Part shown: one piece after another, positions 26,649 to 36,702 of the stretch
How the letters are laid out: every line of letters starts with the position of its first letter
Numbering within the stretch: position 1 is the first letter of the stretch
NCBI GenBank assembly: GCA_046160825.1
Contig: JBJXHC010000037.1
Coordinates: 4,799-68,798 of the forward strand
Length of the DNA: 64,000 nt
Direction of reading: 5' to 3'
DNA from: Bacteroidota bacterium
GTDB taxonomy: Bacteria; Bacteroidota; Ignavibacteria; UBA10030; UBA6906
Position numbers and translations under genes: made by a program
Notes under the pieces: model-generated
Databases searched by the model: none
The model's input: the letters and a program-made list of their open reading frames with translations, nothing else
What the model was told of the DNA's origin: nothing

Positions 26649-28796
26649 CTACAGCATTCCACTCCGTTTCCGGATGAACCACTCAACCGCAAACAATGTC
26701 ACAATGAGGGCGAGCATATACTGCCAATTCCAGAGCTCAAGACGGGTTGTGTCCAATACCTCCTCCGGTTTAAACGTGGGTTGCGTTGCAAGATCGGAAG
26801 GAAGACCGCCGATGTCGTCCGGTGAATAGTACTTCCCTCCGGTGCGCGAAGCAAGAAGCCGGAGCAATGAAATATTCATTTTTGTATCCAGGAACTCAAG
26901 GTTGAGTTCACCCACAGAAAATCGCCCGCGATCTTCACCGAGCGGTTGTCCATCAAGGGCCGCAACAGCGCGATAGGAATAATCCCCCACAGCAAGTCCG
27001 TCGATTGTTCCTTCGTACCTTCCGTTACCGATGGGTCTAAGAAGCGTCTCGAATTCTCGATTATCCTGTATTGCAGTTACGCGTAGTTGCGCGCTCTCCA
27101 CCGGTCGACCGCTTGCATCGTATACCTGGCCGAGAAATTCCACCGGCTCGCCGTGTGTGTAGATGTCTTTTGATGGTGCGACCTTCACGGGTTTGTTGTC
27201 TTCGCGCGTCGTCAGCCAACGGATACTATTGGCAAGCAACGCAGAGAGGAGTTTTTCTGTGTCGGGCGTTCCTTGTGCCATCAACCGCCAGCGCCACACA
27301 CCGTAGCCAAGAATTGCCATGGACTTCTGCCTGTTCACGTTACGGATGATCATCAGCGGATCGGGGGTGGCCACATTCATGATGCGAATATTTCCAAGCA
27401 CCACGGCTTCGGGTCGTGCCTTGTATCGCGATTGTTTGCTGAAGATGGGAGGAAGTCGGTCCCAGGCCCCCTCAATGCCGCCATTCAAGATCGGGTGATT
27501 CTTTTGCGTGCCCGAAGGTTGGAGAAAAATGAGTTGCTCGATCGCGCTTGATGGTGACGGAATAAATGGGAGCGACGGGCCAAGTGTACGAAGTCGGCCA
27601 TCGTCCACACCCTTACCATCTATGAAGAACAGTGGCTTACCCGCATCCAACGCCGCGACGCGAACGAGTTCCAGAGTTTGCATGTCCGTCGTTGTGGTCG
27701 GGAGTCCGATCAGCATAAGACAGTCAGCAGAATCGAGCGCCGCCCGGTTCGGTGTTTCTCCGTACCATCCGCCCAACGGGCGCTGGGCGAAAGATCGGAC
27801 AGCGATATTCTTTTCTTCTGCAAGCGTTTGTTCGAGAATGGAAAAATCTGGCCCGGGAAGTCCCAGTAATACAACGCGCAACTTGCTCTTGAGTATGCGC
27901 GCAAAGAATGACTTCCGATTGTTGTCTGTTGTCAGTTCACCCTCAATTCCTGAAACACGAAGAGTGAATTTCTTCATCCCTTCTCCTTCGGGTGTGTAGG
28001 GGAGCGACACCGGATATTCGCGCGTCCCATCCTGTAGTGCAAGGGTTGCGCGCTTGAGTTCTTTGTTCCCCTCCATCAATACCACGTCGACATTCTTGCC
28101 GCCGAATCCGGAGCTTTTGATGGTAACGTCCACAGGTGTCTCGACGTCACTGTAGACAAGGCTATTCGTCACGACTTTGGTAATGAGAACATCCCGTTGC
28201 TCTGAGGAATCACCGATGCCGACCGTGTAAATGGGTATGCCGAGTTTCTCGGCTTCATAGAGCGGATTCTGTCCGAGGTTGAACGCGCCATCCGTGACGA
28301 GCACTGCTGCGCGGATGTTGTTGCGCTCTTTTTGTTCGCCAAGCTGCTTCAATGCGGACGAGATATCCGTGGCTTCCTCGCTGAGTGCAAGCGAATCCAG
28401 GCCATCGTGCTCCGTCAAACGAGCGCCAAACGTATGCCAGTGAAGTTCCGTATTGCCGGCAAGCCGGTTCATGGAGGAATGGTGAACTACAGACGAGAGG
28501 ATTTGCCCGCGATCACCATCCTTGTCCTGTATCTGCATGCTTCGACTGTCGTCAATAAGCACGGCCACTCCCGGCGGTCGCATGAACGATCTCACAAGGC
28601 TGAGCAACGGCTCAAAGATAAGAATGAGAACGAGCGACAGCGCTGCGGCACGCAGAGCGGTCAGGAGAAATCTTTTCCAGCGGGGAATGGGAGGGAGTGT
28701 TGTGCGGTAGTAGTATGTGGCAACCGCGCACGCGGCAACAACAAGAAGGATGATGAAAAGAACAGAGATGCTGAAATCAATATTGATGTTGGGCAT
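26649..28796 (-). CDS. BatA-like membrane protein with vWA domain and long C-terminal extension
   Basis: Two N-terminal TM helices, then a vWA-like start 'GVAVLIDDSRSM...AVLVTDG'. ~400 additional residues and a C-terminal TM ('YMLALIVTLFAVEWFI'). Directly downstream of MoxR. Confidence 0.65.
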   Translation of the reverse strand: MPNINIDFSISVLFIILLVVAACAVATYYYRTTLPPIPRWKRFLLTALRAAALSLVLILIFEPLLSLVRSFMRPPGVAVLIDDSRSMQIQDKDGDRGQILSSVVHHSSMNRLAGNTELHWHTFGARLTEHDGLDSLALSEEATDISSALKQLGEQKERNNIRAAVLVTDGAFNLGQNPLYEAEKLGIPIYTVGIGDSSEQRDVLITKVVTNSLVYSDVETPVDVTIKSSGFGGKNVDVVLMEGNKELKRATLALQDGTREYPVSLPYTPEGEGMKKFTLRVSGIEGELTTDNNRKSFFARILKSKLRVVLLGLPGPDFSILEQTLAEEKNIAVRSFAQRPLGGWYGETPNRAALDSADCLMLIGLPTTTTDMQTLELVRVAALDAGKPLFFIDGKGVDDGRLRTLGPSLPFIPSPSSAIEQLIFLQPSGTQKNHPILNGGIEGAWDRLPPIFSKQSRYKARPEAVVLGNIRIMNVATPDPLMIIRNVNRQKSMAILGYGVWRWRLMAQGTPDTEKLLSALLANSIRWLTTREDNKPVKVAPSKDIYTHGEPVEFLGQVYDASGRPVESAQLRVTAIQDNREFETLLRPIGNGRYEGTIDGLAVGDYSYRAVAALDGQPLGEDRGRFSVGELNLEFLDTKMNISLLRLLASRTGGKYYSPDDIGGLPSDLATQPTFKPEEVLDTTRLELWNWQYMLALIVTLFAVEWFIRKRSGML

Positions 28797-28880
28797 GAGG
28801 ATGATGTCGGATTGAGGATCTGGCCCTTCGGATGATTGCGGGAAGTCTTCACCGAAATCGTCAACCCGGATTCCTGTTGC

Positions 28881-29861
28881 CTACGCGGTTTCCTTGACAA
28901 GACGCTCAACGATGTCGATCGTCGAGACGCCGTCGGCTTCAGCATTGAAGTTCGGCACGATGCGATGACGTAACACAGGCCCGGCCATCTGTCGCACGTC
29001 GTCAATGTCGGGTGTGTGACGGCCAGAGAGAATCGCACGCGTCTTCGCTCCAAGAATAAGATACTGGGAGGCGCGCGGCCCGGCTCCCCAACTCAACCAG
29101 TCTTTAATGAACTGTGGCGCTGTCTCACTCTTCGGGCGCGTGCGCGTGGCAAGTCGGACCGCAAATTCGATCACATTGTCCGCTACAGGCACTTTGCGCA
29201 CGAGTTCCTGGTACGCCATAATCTGATTTCCCGTCAGGACATGCGACAGTGTGGGCGCAAACTGGCTCGTTGTGGCTTTGACGATTTGTACTTCCTCGGA
29301 CATTTTCGGGTAGTCGAGCCAGAGGTTGAACATGAAACGATCCAGTTGTGCCTCCGGAAGCGGGTACGTGCCTTCCTGCTCAATGGGGTTCTGTGTTGCC
29401 AGAACAAAGAACGGTTCCTGTAACGTGTATGTTTGTCCAGCCGCAGTGACACGGTGTTCCTGCATGGCCTCAAGTAATGCCGCCTGCGTCTTGGGCGGAG
29501 TGCGATTGATTTCATCCGCCAGAACAATGTTGGCGAAGACGGGGCCCTGAATAAACTTGAACGATTTTGCCCCGGAGGTGACATTCTCCTCGATGATTTC
29601 TGTGCCTGTAATGTCGCTCGGCATCAGGTCGGGGGTGAACTGAATGCGGTTGAATTTCAGATCGAGCACCTGCGCAAGGGTCCGAATCAATAACGTCTTC
29701 GCAAGTCCGGGTACGCCGACAAGCAGACAATGGCCACGCGCGAGCAACGAGATCAAGAGTTGCTCGACGATCATCTCCTGTCCGACAATGACCTTGGCAA
29801 TTTCTTTTCGCAGCATCTCGTAGGAGTTCTTCAACTCATGCGCAGCATCCACATCATTCAT
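28881..29861 (-). CDS. MoxR-family AAA+ ATPase
   Basis: 'IAKVIVGQEMIVEQLLISLLARGHCLLVGVPGLAKTLLIRTLAQVLDLKFNRIQFTPDLMPSDITG' is canonical MoxR. Start placed at the internal ATG 29859-29861 ('MNDVDAAHEL'). The track ORF extends to 29984 and would overlap the upstream gene. Confidence 0.85.
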   Translation of the reverse strand: MNDVDAAHELKNSYEMLRKEIAKVIVGQEMIVEQLLISLLARGHCLLVGVPGLAKTLLIRTLAQVLDLKFNRIQFTPDLMPSDITGTEIIEENVTSGAKSFKFIQGPVFANIVLADEINRTPPKTQAALLEAMQEHRVTAAGQTYTLQEPFFVLATQNPIEQEGTYPLPEAQLDRFMFNLWLDYPKMSEEVQIVKATTSQFAPTLSHVLTGNQIMAYQELVRKVPVADNVIEFAVRLATRTRPKSETAPQFIKDWLSWGAGPRASQYLILGAKTRAILSGRHTPDIDDVRQMAGPVLRHRIVPNFNAEADGVSTIDIVERLVKETA

Positions 29862-29898
29862 CTTTTCCACGGTTTTGGACAACGTAAGCTCCTGTATC

Positions 29899-31170
29899 TT
29901 AGAGACGTGATTCCCAGTAGATATCGTTTTTGAGTTCAGCCAACCAAGCCTGGTATTCCTTGTTACGCTTGTAGTTTTTTGCAATCTCTTCGATGCGACG
30001 ATAGTCCTGCTCCAATGAAGGGGTATGTGCGGGAGTGCGTTTCTTCATCAACACGATATGATAACCGTTGGCTCCGGCAACCTTCAACGGAACAGGTTCG
30101 GAGATTTCAGCATCCTTCAAAGGCACTACCGTGGGATAGAAACTCTTTTCGATCTGTTCCAGCTCGGCAGTTCCGAGACTCCCACCGATGGCAGCGGTCT
30201 CCTTATCCTCGGAGTATTTCTTTGCCAGCCCGGCGAAGTCCTCGCCGGCGAGTGTGCGGTCACGGAGACTTTTCAGCAGTGCAATGGTCGAATCTTCATC
30301 GGCTTGAGACCGTTCAACCCGCATCAGGATGTGTCGCGCTCGTACCGATTCACCGCGACGCTCGAGCAACTCGATGATGTGCATGCCGTATTTGGTTTCG
30401 ACGACGCCGGACATTTGTCCTTCGCCGAGCGAAAATACGACGCTTTCAAACTCCGGCACAAAAAGTCCGCGGCGAACAAATCCAAGATCGCCCGCCTGTG
30501 CTGCGGAACCGGGATCCTGGGAGTGACGCCCTGCAAGCCCGGCGAAGTCTTCGCCGGCTTTGATTGAATCGAGGACGGTCTGGAGTTTCGCCCGTGCGGC
30601 GGCTTTCGCTTCAGGGCTTGGTTTCGGCTCAATGTAAATGTGTGCCAGTTCCACTTCTTCGGGGATACCACCAAGGCTATCCTTGTAGGTTGCAAAGAAC
30701 TCATCCACCTCACGGCGCGTGATCTGTGTTGTGCCGAACTGTTGCTGTTGCAGTTTGTTGGCCAGGATGCTCTTGCGCATTTCATCGCGGAACTCACGCT
30801 TGATCCTGCTGATCGGCATATTGTACAGTTCTTCCAGCTTTGCCTCGGACCCCACCTGCTGGATCCGCTGTTGGATAGTGTTTTCGAGTTGCTGCTGCAC
30901 CTCTTCATCACTCACGGTGATGCTGTCTTCAATCGCCTTGGCGACGATGAGTTTCTCGTTGATCATGGATCGCAGTACCTGTTCCTTCAAACCCGGGGTC
31001 GCGGGATCCTGCCGGTTGTTGAACACGAGGAATTGGACTTGTGCGTTCAACTCCGACTCGAGAATGATATCGTCATCAACGACGGCAATGACCCGGTCGA
31101 GCGTCTGCGCATTCGCTACACCAAAAAGAAACAGTGCGCCGATCATAATTCTATTCATGTATGCTTCCAT
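29899..31170 (-). CDS. SurA-like periplasmic chaperone / parvulin-type peptidyl-prolyl isomerase
   Basis: Signal peptide. SurA-N-like helical region followed by parvulin domains ('ILANKLQQQQFGTTQ...', 'FESVVFSLGEGQMSGVVETKYGMHIIELLERRG'). Confidence 0.75.
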   Translation of the reverse strand: MEAYMNRIMIGALFLFGVANAQTLDRVIAVVDDDIILESELNAQVQFLVFNNRQDPATPGLKEQVLRSMINEKLIVAKAIEDSITVSDEEVQQQLENTIQQRIQQVGSEAKLEELYNMPISRIKREFRDEMRKSILANKLQQQQFGTTQITRREVDEFFATYKDSLGGIPEEVELAHIYIEPKPSPEAKAAARAKLQTVLDSIKAGEDFAGLAGRHSQDPGSAAQAGDLGFVRRGLFVPEFESVVFSLGEGQMSGVVETKYGMHIIELLERRGESVRARHILMRVERSQADEDSTIALLKSLRDRTLAGEDFAGLAKKYSEDKETAAIGGSLGTAELEQIEKSFYPTVVPLKDAEISEPVPLKVAGANGYHIVLMKKRTPAHTPSLEQDYRRIEEIAKNYKRNKEYQAWLAELKNDIYWESRL

Positions 31171-32038
31171 CGTTGTGTGTGGTCACGGAGTCTTCGGGCA
31201 CGGAACGAACCTCCACCGGCTGTTCCTTGCGAAGTTGCTCCAGCAGTTGTTCATAGCGTAGCCGTCGTTGCTCAATCAACAATCTGTCCCGGATTTCGTT
31301 CCGGATATAGTCGAGGTCGGGCATTTCCCCCTTTTGTTTGAGACCATGGAGAACAAGCACGTGATACCCGGTATCGGTTTTGAGGACGAATGAGACGTCA
31401 CCCGCCGTTAAATTCCGCGCGAGCTTCCAAAGTTCCTCGGGATAGAGTGTTGATCGGGCGAAGTATTGACGTGTTGCCACCTGGAGAAGTTGCGTATTCT
31501 GGAGGGAGTCTTGTTGAACCGCAAGGAGTGCGTCCGGCCAGGAGACACCACGGAGGAGGTTTGAACGGAATGCGTTTGCCACGTCCCGGTCAACAAAGAA
31601 CGCGTAACTGGCGCTGACAACATCTTCCCTGAGAAGAAAAGCCGGACCCCCCGCAGCATAGACCGTGGCAATGATGTCCTCGCTTACCGAGGAGGTGTCC
31701 GCTGAGTATACATCGTCCTGAAGAAGGGCCTCAATGGCAAGACGTCGCCGGATGCTTTCTATCTGTTGCCGCAGGTTTTCAGAGTCGGCCAGGCCCCGGC
31801 GCGCAGCCTCCTGATACAGCATTTCGGAGGTGATCCACTCATTGATGAAGTCCTGTGTCCGCAGGTGCTTATTGCCGATGGAATCTCGCAACGCGTCAAT
31901 AGCATTCTGCGTAAGGACCGCTGTTCCCACACGGGCAACGTAGTCACGCGACTCGGGCTCCTTGGAGCATCCGGTTATGAACGCGAAGAGGAGTATGACG
32001 ACAGAGCATCGGATAATGTCAGTATGTTGTCGGAGCAA
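31151..32038 (-). CDS. SurA/PpiC-family lipoprotein (chaperone-like)
   Basis: Lipobox 'LFAFITGCSKE'. Parvulin-like segment 'SFVLKTDTGYHVLVLHGLKQKGEMPDL'. Overlaps the downstream gene by 20 nt. Confidence 0.55.
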   Translation of the reverse strand: MLRQHTDIIRCSVVILLFAFITGCSKEPESRDYVARVGTAVLTQNAIDALRDSIGNKHLRTQDFINEWITSEMLYQEAARRGLADSENLRQQIESIRRRLAIEALLQDDVYSADTSSVSEDIIATVYAAGGPAFLLREDVVSASYAFFVDRDVANAFRSNLLRGVSWPDALLAVQQDSLQNTQLLQVATRQYFARSTLYPEELWKLARNLTAGDVSFVLKTDTGYHVLVLHGLKQKGEMPDLDYIRNEIRDRLLIEQRRLRYEQLLEQLRKEQPVEVRSVPEDSVTTHNDGSIHE

Positions 32039-34463
32039 ACGCGTTCTTGAGAGCCTCCTTGTACTCCACCACCGGATACATCTTCTTCAGCCCATCAAGC
32101 CATTCCCTCTCAAGGCGTTTTGATTCGTACTCCTGAAATGCGCTTGAGACTTCTGTGCCCGCTTCCTCAAATGTTTTTGTGCGCGCGGGATCCTTCTTAT
32201 TCAAACGGACAATGAACCATGAGTTCTGGTATTGGAGAGGGAGCGAATACTCCCCGCTGGCGAGAGAATCGGCGCGCTGCGATCGTTCATCGGATGCCGC
32301 TGGAAGGATCGCATGACCGATAGGCCCGACGAGAGGCCGTCTTCCGATCAATTCAACTTCGACGCGTGCGTACAACGCCGTGATTGCGCTGTCAGATGTT
32401 CCGCGCGTGGGTACGCGTGTAAGAGTCGTGACGCGGCCGTCAGCAATCCCAAGGTTCTTCACAAGATGGTTCTTTGCGGCTTCGAGACGCCGTACTGCAA
32501 CACGTTCCCGCGTCCCTTTCCTTCCGAGCGTGTCGTGGTGTGCGACCAGGGTTAATTTCAATCCCGGTTCGGCGATGAGCGCCTTTGCCACAGCGGCAAG
32601 CACTTTCTTTGATTGAGGCGAAAGAGCTGTCGAAGTCCCCTTGAAGAGCATCTGGTAATTCTTCGGCTGACTCATACGCACGGAGTCCTCCGCGACCAGC
32701 TTCTCAAAAGTCTCTCCCCGCATAAGTCGTTCGCGCAACGCAATGCCGCTCGAATCGGTTTCGACCCTCAACGTGCTGAAATCCACCCGATCAGGGAACC
32801 GGAACCTCTCATTGTTTGCCTCATAGTACATACGCAACGCTGAATCCGAAACCGCGACACTGTTCCAGACACGGTCCTGCTCGATTTGGTACAAGAGGAT
32901 TCCCTCCGTGTATTCCTTCATAATGGAAGCGAACTCCGGGTGCTCGCGCTCAATGGTCTCGGACTTGACTTCGTAGACAAGTTGCTCGCCGATTTTTTCC
33001 ACGGTAGCGTGGATGGAGGCGGCGCGTAACGGGATGCTCGTCATATCCGGGCGATTCTTGATAATTGCCACCACACTGTCGACAGAGACTGTCCGAGTAT
33101 TGAACTTGAACATCGTTGCGCGTCCGAGTTCGGGGGGTATCGTTGCAAACCAGGCGGTATCGCGGGTCGAAGCATTGGTATCAACCGAAGTGATGAACGA
33201 TGAGACGGTGGAGTTGTCGACAGTATAACCCGTTTCCTGTTTCAGGCGGTCAAGGTATTTTTTATAATCATCCTGAAACCCCACCTGCTGGTATGCCTGT
33301 CGGACTTCGGCCTGTGCCTCTTCAAATGGCTTCGGTGGTTTTGTGTCGATGCATTTGATGAGGTGGTATCCGTAAATGGTTCGAACGATGTCGGAAACCT
33401 GACCAGCTTTCATCTCCACGGCGACCTCATCGAACGACTGTACCCAGCGCCGGCGCGAAAACCACCCAAGATCTCCGCCGCGCGGTGCCGATCCGGGATC
33501 CTCCGAATTGCGTTGCGCGAGTTCCGCGAAATCAACTCCCGTCTTGATACTGTCCTGGATCAATTTGATTTTTGCGTAGGCGGCAAGCGTGTCTTCCGGT
33601 GTTGGATCCTGTTTCTCGAACCGTACCATGATATGACTGCACTGCACTTCTCCCGGCGCGGGCTTCCGCTGTACGACTTTGATGATGTGTAACCCAAACT
33701 GTGAGCGGACCGGAGCGGAAGAGGTTTCACCAACCTTCATCGCGTATGCCGCATCTTCGAACGTACCCACCATCTGACCACCGGTAAAGAAATAGAGATC
33801 GCCTCTGTTTTGTTTTGCAGACGGGTCTTGTGAATGCTCCACGGCAAGACTATCAAAGGCCGCGCCGGCCTTGATCATCGCGATAATTTCATTCGCCTTC
33901 TTATATGCAGCAGCAGAATCATCCGCAGAAGCCTCCGGGGTGAGTGTAATCAGAATATGGCTTGCACGGATCTCATCACGGCGGCGGTCAAACATCTTCT
34001 TCACGCCTGGAGCGGTAACTTCCCGGTCGGTGAGATACGATGCAGCGAGGCTTCCTTTATACTGCTTCACCTCATTGATTGCCTCAGGGGTTTTATCGAG
34101 TCCGAGTCTGTATGCATCAGCCAGCTTCAAACGGAAGTTGGTCATCAGTCCGAGAAACTTCTCGCGTTCCTCCATGGTCGAAGCCGCGGCCTGCTCACGA
34201 CTACCGTTGCTCTTGATATACAGGTTTTCATACTCCGCAAGAGTGATTGGCGTTTCCCCGACTTTGGCAACAAGGGTGTCGCCGGCCTTTGGTGTACAGC
34301 CGGATATGAGAAGTAGCAGGAGAGAACTCAAGGTCAATACACACGTCGCCGTTGGTTTTGGATAGGATGTAACCATGCCGCTTACACTCCAATATTGGTG
34401 ATACAGACAGGAATTTCGAGGTTTTTGGTGAGTAAGTGTAACCAAAAGGCGGTTGATAATCAA
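32019..34463 (-). CDS. Multi-parvulin PPIase lipoprotein with an OmpA-like peptidoglycan-binding domain
   Basis: Probable start at M30 ('MVTSYPKPTATCVLTLSSLLLLLISGCTP', lipobox). Parvulin cores 'SQFGLHIIKVVQRKP' and 'TIYGYHLIKCIDTKPP'. OmpA-C-like segment 'KVLAAVAKALIAEPGLKLTLVAHHDTLGRKGTRERVAVRRLEAAKNHLVKNLGIADGRV'. Confidence 0.7.
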   Translation of the reverse strand: MIINRLLVTLTHQKPRNSCLYHQYWSVSGMVTSYPKPTATCVLTLSSLLLLLISGCTPKAGDTLVAKVGETPITLAEYENLYIKSNGSREQAAASTMEEREKFLGLMTNFRLKLADAYRLGLDKTPEAINEVKQYKGSLAASYLTDREVTAPGVKKMFDRRRDEIRASHILITLTPEASADDSAAAYKKANEIIAMIKAGAAFDSLAVEHSQDPSAKQNRGDLYFFTGGQMVGTFEDAAYAMKVGETSSAPVRSQFGLHIIKVVQRKPAPGEVQCSHIMVRFEKQDPTPEDTLAAYAKIKLIQDSIKTGVDFAELAQRNSEDPGSAPRGGDLGWFSRRRWVQSFDEVAVEMKAGQVSDIVRTIYGYHLIKCIDTKPPKPFEEAQAEVRQAYQQVGFQDDYKKYLDRLKQETGYTVDNSTVSSFITSVDTNASTRDTAWFATIPPELGRATMFKFNTRTVSVDSVVAIIKNRPDMTSIPLRAASIHATVEKIGEQLVYEVKSETIEREHPEFASIMKEYTEGILLYQIEQDRVWNSVAVSDSALRMYYEANNERFRFPDRVDFSTLRVETDSSGIALRERLMRGETFEKLVAEDSVRMSQPKNYQMLFKGTSTALSPQSKKVLAAVAKALIAEPGLKLTLVAHHDTLGRKGTRERVAVRRLEAAKNHLVKNLGIADGRVTTLTRVPTRGTSDSAITALYARVEVELIGRRPLVGPIGHAILPAASDERSQRADSLASGEYSLPLQYQNSWFIVRLNKKDPARTKTFEEAGTEVSSAFQEYESKRLEREWLDGLKKMYPVVEYKEALKNAFAPTTY

Positions 34464-34546
34464 GGAGTTACGAGGTGGTAAGTGTCGGCGAACAATGCCC
34501 GCCTATCCGCTGGTGACTGGTCGAACAATACGGTCCCGGTTGTCCA

Positions 34547-35758
34547 TCAAATGCGTCCCAGCGCAGCCGCGAAATCCCGTTTCAGATCGTCGATATCCTC
34601 CACGCCAACAGAGATACGAATCATTCCGGGTGTTACGCCATGACTTTCCAATTCCCTCTTTGTCATATTGATGTGTGAGGAATACACCGGTATGCTGACG
34701 AGCGTTTCGACGCTGCCGAGTGACATGGCATTTACGGCGACCTTCAGCGAATCGGACACCTTCACAGCCGAACGCACACCGCCCTTTACCTCGATTGTCA
34801 CCACACCGCCGAAACCCTCCATTTGTTGCCGCGCGATTTTGTGTTGAGGATGAGAGGGAAGCCCCGGGTAAATCGCCCGTTTAATCTTGCGGTGTCTTTG
34901 GAGGAAACGCGCAAGCGCCAATGCGTTCTCGTTCTGGCGTTGGACGCGCAGGTCGAACGTCTTCAGGCTGCGCAGGAGTAACCAGGCAGCGAACGGGTCC
35001 GCCGCGCCTCCGAAGTACTTGAGTTGAGCGTGTACTCCTTTGACAAACTTCTTCGTTCCGACAACAACGCCTGCGAGAATATCACTGTGACCACCAAGAT
35101 ACTTGGTGCCGCTTTCGAGAACGACGTCCACGCCGAGTGACAATGGATCCTGGTTCAGGATTGTGGCGAATGTATTATCGCACATGATGATAATCTTCGT
35201 TCCGAGCCGCGTTTCTGCGCGGCGTGTTTCCTTCACGAGCGCCTTGATGTCGACAATACCCAGTGTCGGGTTGGTGGGCGTTTCGAAATACACAATTCTG
35301 GTGCGCGGCGTTGCCAACGCGCCAATCGACCGCAGAGCGTCCGGATGAACGTAGCTGACGTCAATACCGTGGTCAGGAAGGATGTCGCGAAAGAACCGGT
35401 ACGTTCCCCCGTATAACCCCGGCGTGCTGATGATATGGTCGCCCGACTTTGCTGCCGAAAAAATTGCCGTCGTAATTGCCGCCATGCCGGAGGAGAAGAG
35501 CAGAGCGCTCTCTGCGTTCATCATCAATGCAATACGCTCTTGTGCCTCGCGAACGGTCGGGTTGTGGTAACGGGAATAGACGTATATATTTGGATCTCCC
35601 TTCGCGTACCGGATCGCGTCACCAGAGTTTGCAAAACGATATGTCGATGTCTGTACCAGCGGGGGTGCAACGGGCCCCTGATACGCGTACGTGGACACGC
35701 CGTGAATAGCCTTTGTTGACACAGCCATTGAGCCGGGAGAGTTTTTTTTGCGCGCCAT
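34547..35758 (-). CDS. PLP-dependent Cys/Met-metabolism enzyme (cystathionine gamma-synthase/beta-lyase or methionine gamma-lyase family)
   Basis: 'GVSTYAYQGPVAPPLVQTSTYRF' is a family N-terminal motif. PLP-lysine region 'VVLESGTKYLGGHSDILAGVVVG'. Confidence 0.85.
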   Translation of the reverse strand: MARKKNSPGSMAVSTKAIHGVSTYAYQGPVAPPLVQTSTYRFANSGDAIRYAKGDPNIYVYSRYHNPTVREAQERIALMMNAESALLFSSGMAAITTAIFSAAKSGDHIISTPGLYGGTYRFFRDILPDHGIDVSYVHPDALRSIGALATPRTRIVYFETPTNPTLGIVDIKALVKETRRAETRLGTKIIIMCDNTFATILNQDPLSLGVDVVLESGTKYLGGHSDILAGVVVGTKKFVKGVHAQLKYFGGAADPFAAWLLLRSLKTFDLRVQRQNENALALARFLQRHRKIKRAIYPGLPSHPQHKIARQQMEGFGGVVTIEVKGGVRSAVKVSDSLKVAVNAMSLGSVETLVSIPVYSSHINMTKRELESHGVTPGMIRISVGVEDIDDLKRDFAAALGRI

Positions 35759-35763
35759 ACTTT

Positions 35764-36702
35764 TTATCCTAACGCCTGTGAATGTTTGAGGTGATACGGC
35801 AACAGTGCAGCGTACACCGTTGCGTGAATCGGAGTGGGGATATTCAACTCCATGCCGTAACGGACAATGGTTCCGGAGAATGCTTCGATTTCCAACGGCT
35901 TGTTGTGTACGAGATCGTGGTACATGGAAGAACGATTTGAATCAGGGCGCTTGACGGTATCGAACACATGATCAATGTAGTCGGGCGCTATTGCCACGCC
36001 CTTTGCCTTTGCGATTGCTTCAACTTCGCGCATGGCATCCACCAACAGTTGCCGCGTCGGTTCAACCGCGAGTATCTCACCGAGTGTCAAGCGGGTCAAT
36101 GTGGTCAAACCACCGACGGCGGAGATGAAGATGAATTTCTTCCACAAGTCCGATTGGATATGCTCGCTCAGCGTCGCACTAATTCCCGCAGTCGTAAACA
36201 TGGCAAGAATCTTCTTGCCGCGTGTGGCCGTTCCGGGTATCGGTGCCGCAAGAGGGCCAAAGATGATCTTCCTTGGTCCGCCGGTCTCCGAAATTTCCCC
36301 GGGTGCGGTTATGGTGGAATAAATATAAGAAACCCCGCCCCACACAATTCCCGTTGAGAGCGTCTGCCGGAGTTTCTCTTCGTTGTCGATACCATTCTGC
36401 AAACTGATGACGATGGTGTGAGGTGAAAGCAGAGGCGAAAGCCGGCTGGCGACGGCCTCCGTATCATACGACTTCACACAGAACAACACAACATCGGCGG
36501 GTCCGATTGCCGTGTAATCGTCTGTCATTTTTCCAGGAGGCACCACGAACTCACCGTCGCTTGCGCGCACCTTCAATCCGCGGGCTTTCATGGTTTGCAA
36601 GTGTGTTCCGCGCGCAACAAACCATACATCAGCGCCACTCAGTGCAAGTTTGCCTCCAAAGTATCCCCCGACCCCTCCCGTTCCCACGACAACGAACTTC
36701 AT
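35764..36702 (-). CDS. panE: 2-dehydropantoate 2-reductase (ketopantoate reductase)
   Basis: N-terminal Rossmann 'MKFVVVGTGGVGGYFGGKLALSGADVWFVARG', ApbA/PanE family length and C-terminal domain. 4-nt overlap with the upstream rqcH-like gene. Confidence 0.8.
   Translation of the reverse strand: MKFVVVGTGGVGGYFGGKLALSGADVWFVARGTHLQTMKARGLKVRASDGEFVVPPGKMTDDYTAIGPADVVLFCVKSYDTEAVASRLSPLLSPHTIVISLQNGIDNEEKLRQTLSTGIVWGGVSYIYSTITAPGEISETGGPRKIIFGPLAAPIPGTATRGKKILAMFTTAGISATLSEHIQSDLWKKFIFISAVGGLTTLTRLTLGEILAVEPTRQLLVDAMREVEAIAKAKGVAIAPDYIDHVFDTVKRPDSNRSSMYHDLVHNKPLEIEAFSGTIVRYGMELNIPTPIHATVYAALLPYHLKHSQALG

Noticed and set aside
28881-29984. Longer MoxR ORF with a TTG-type start overlapping the upstream SurA-like gene by 86 nt
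   Set aside because: The canonical MoxR N-terminus begins at the internal ATG (29861), which leaves a 37-nt intergenic gap. The longer form is likely an ORF-caller extension.
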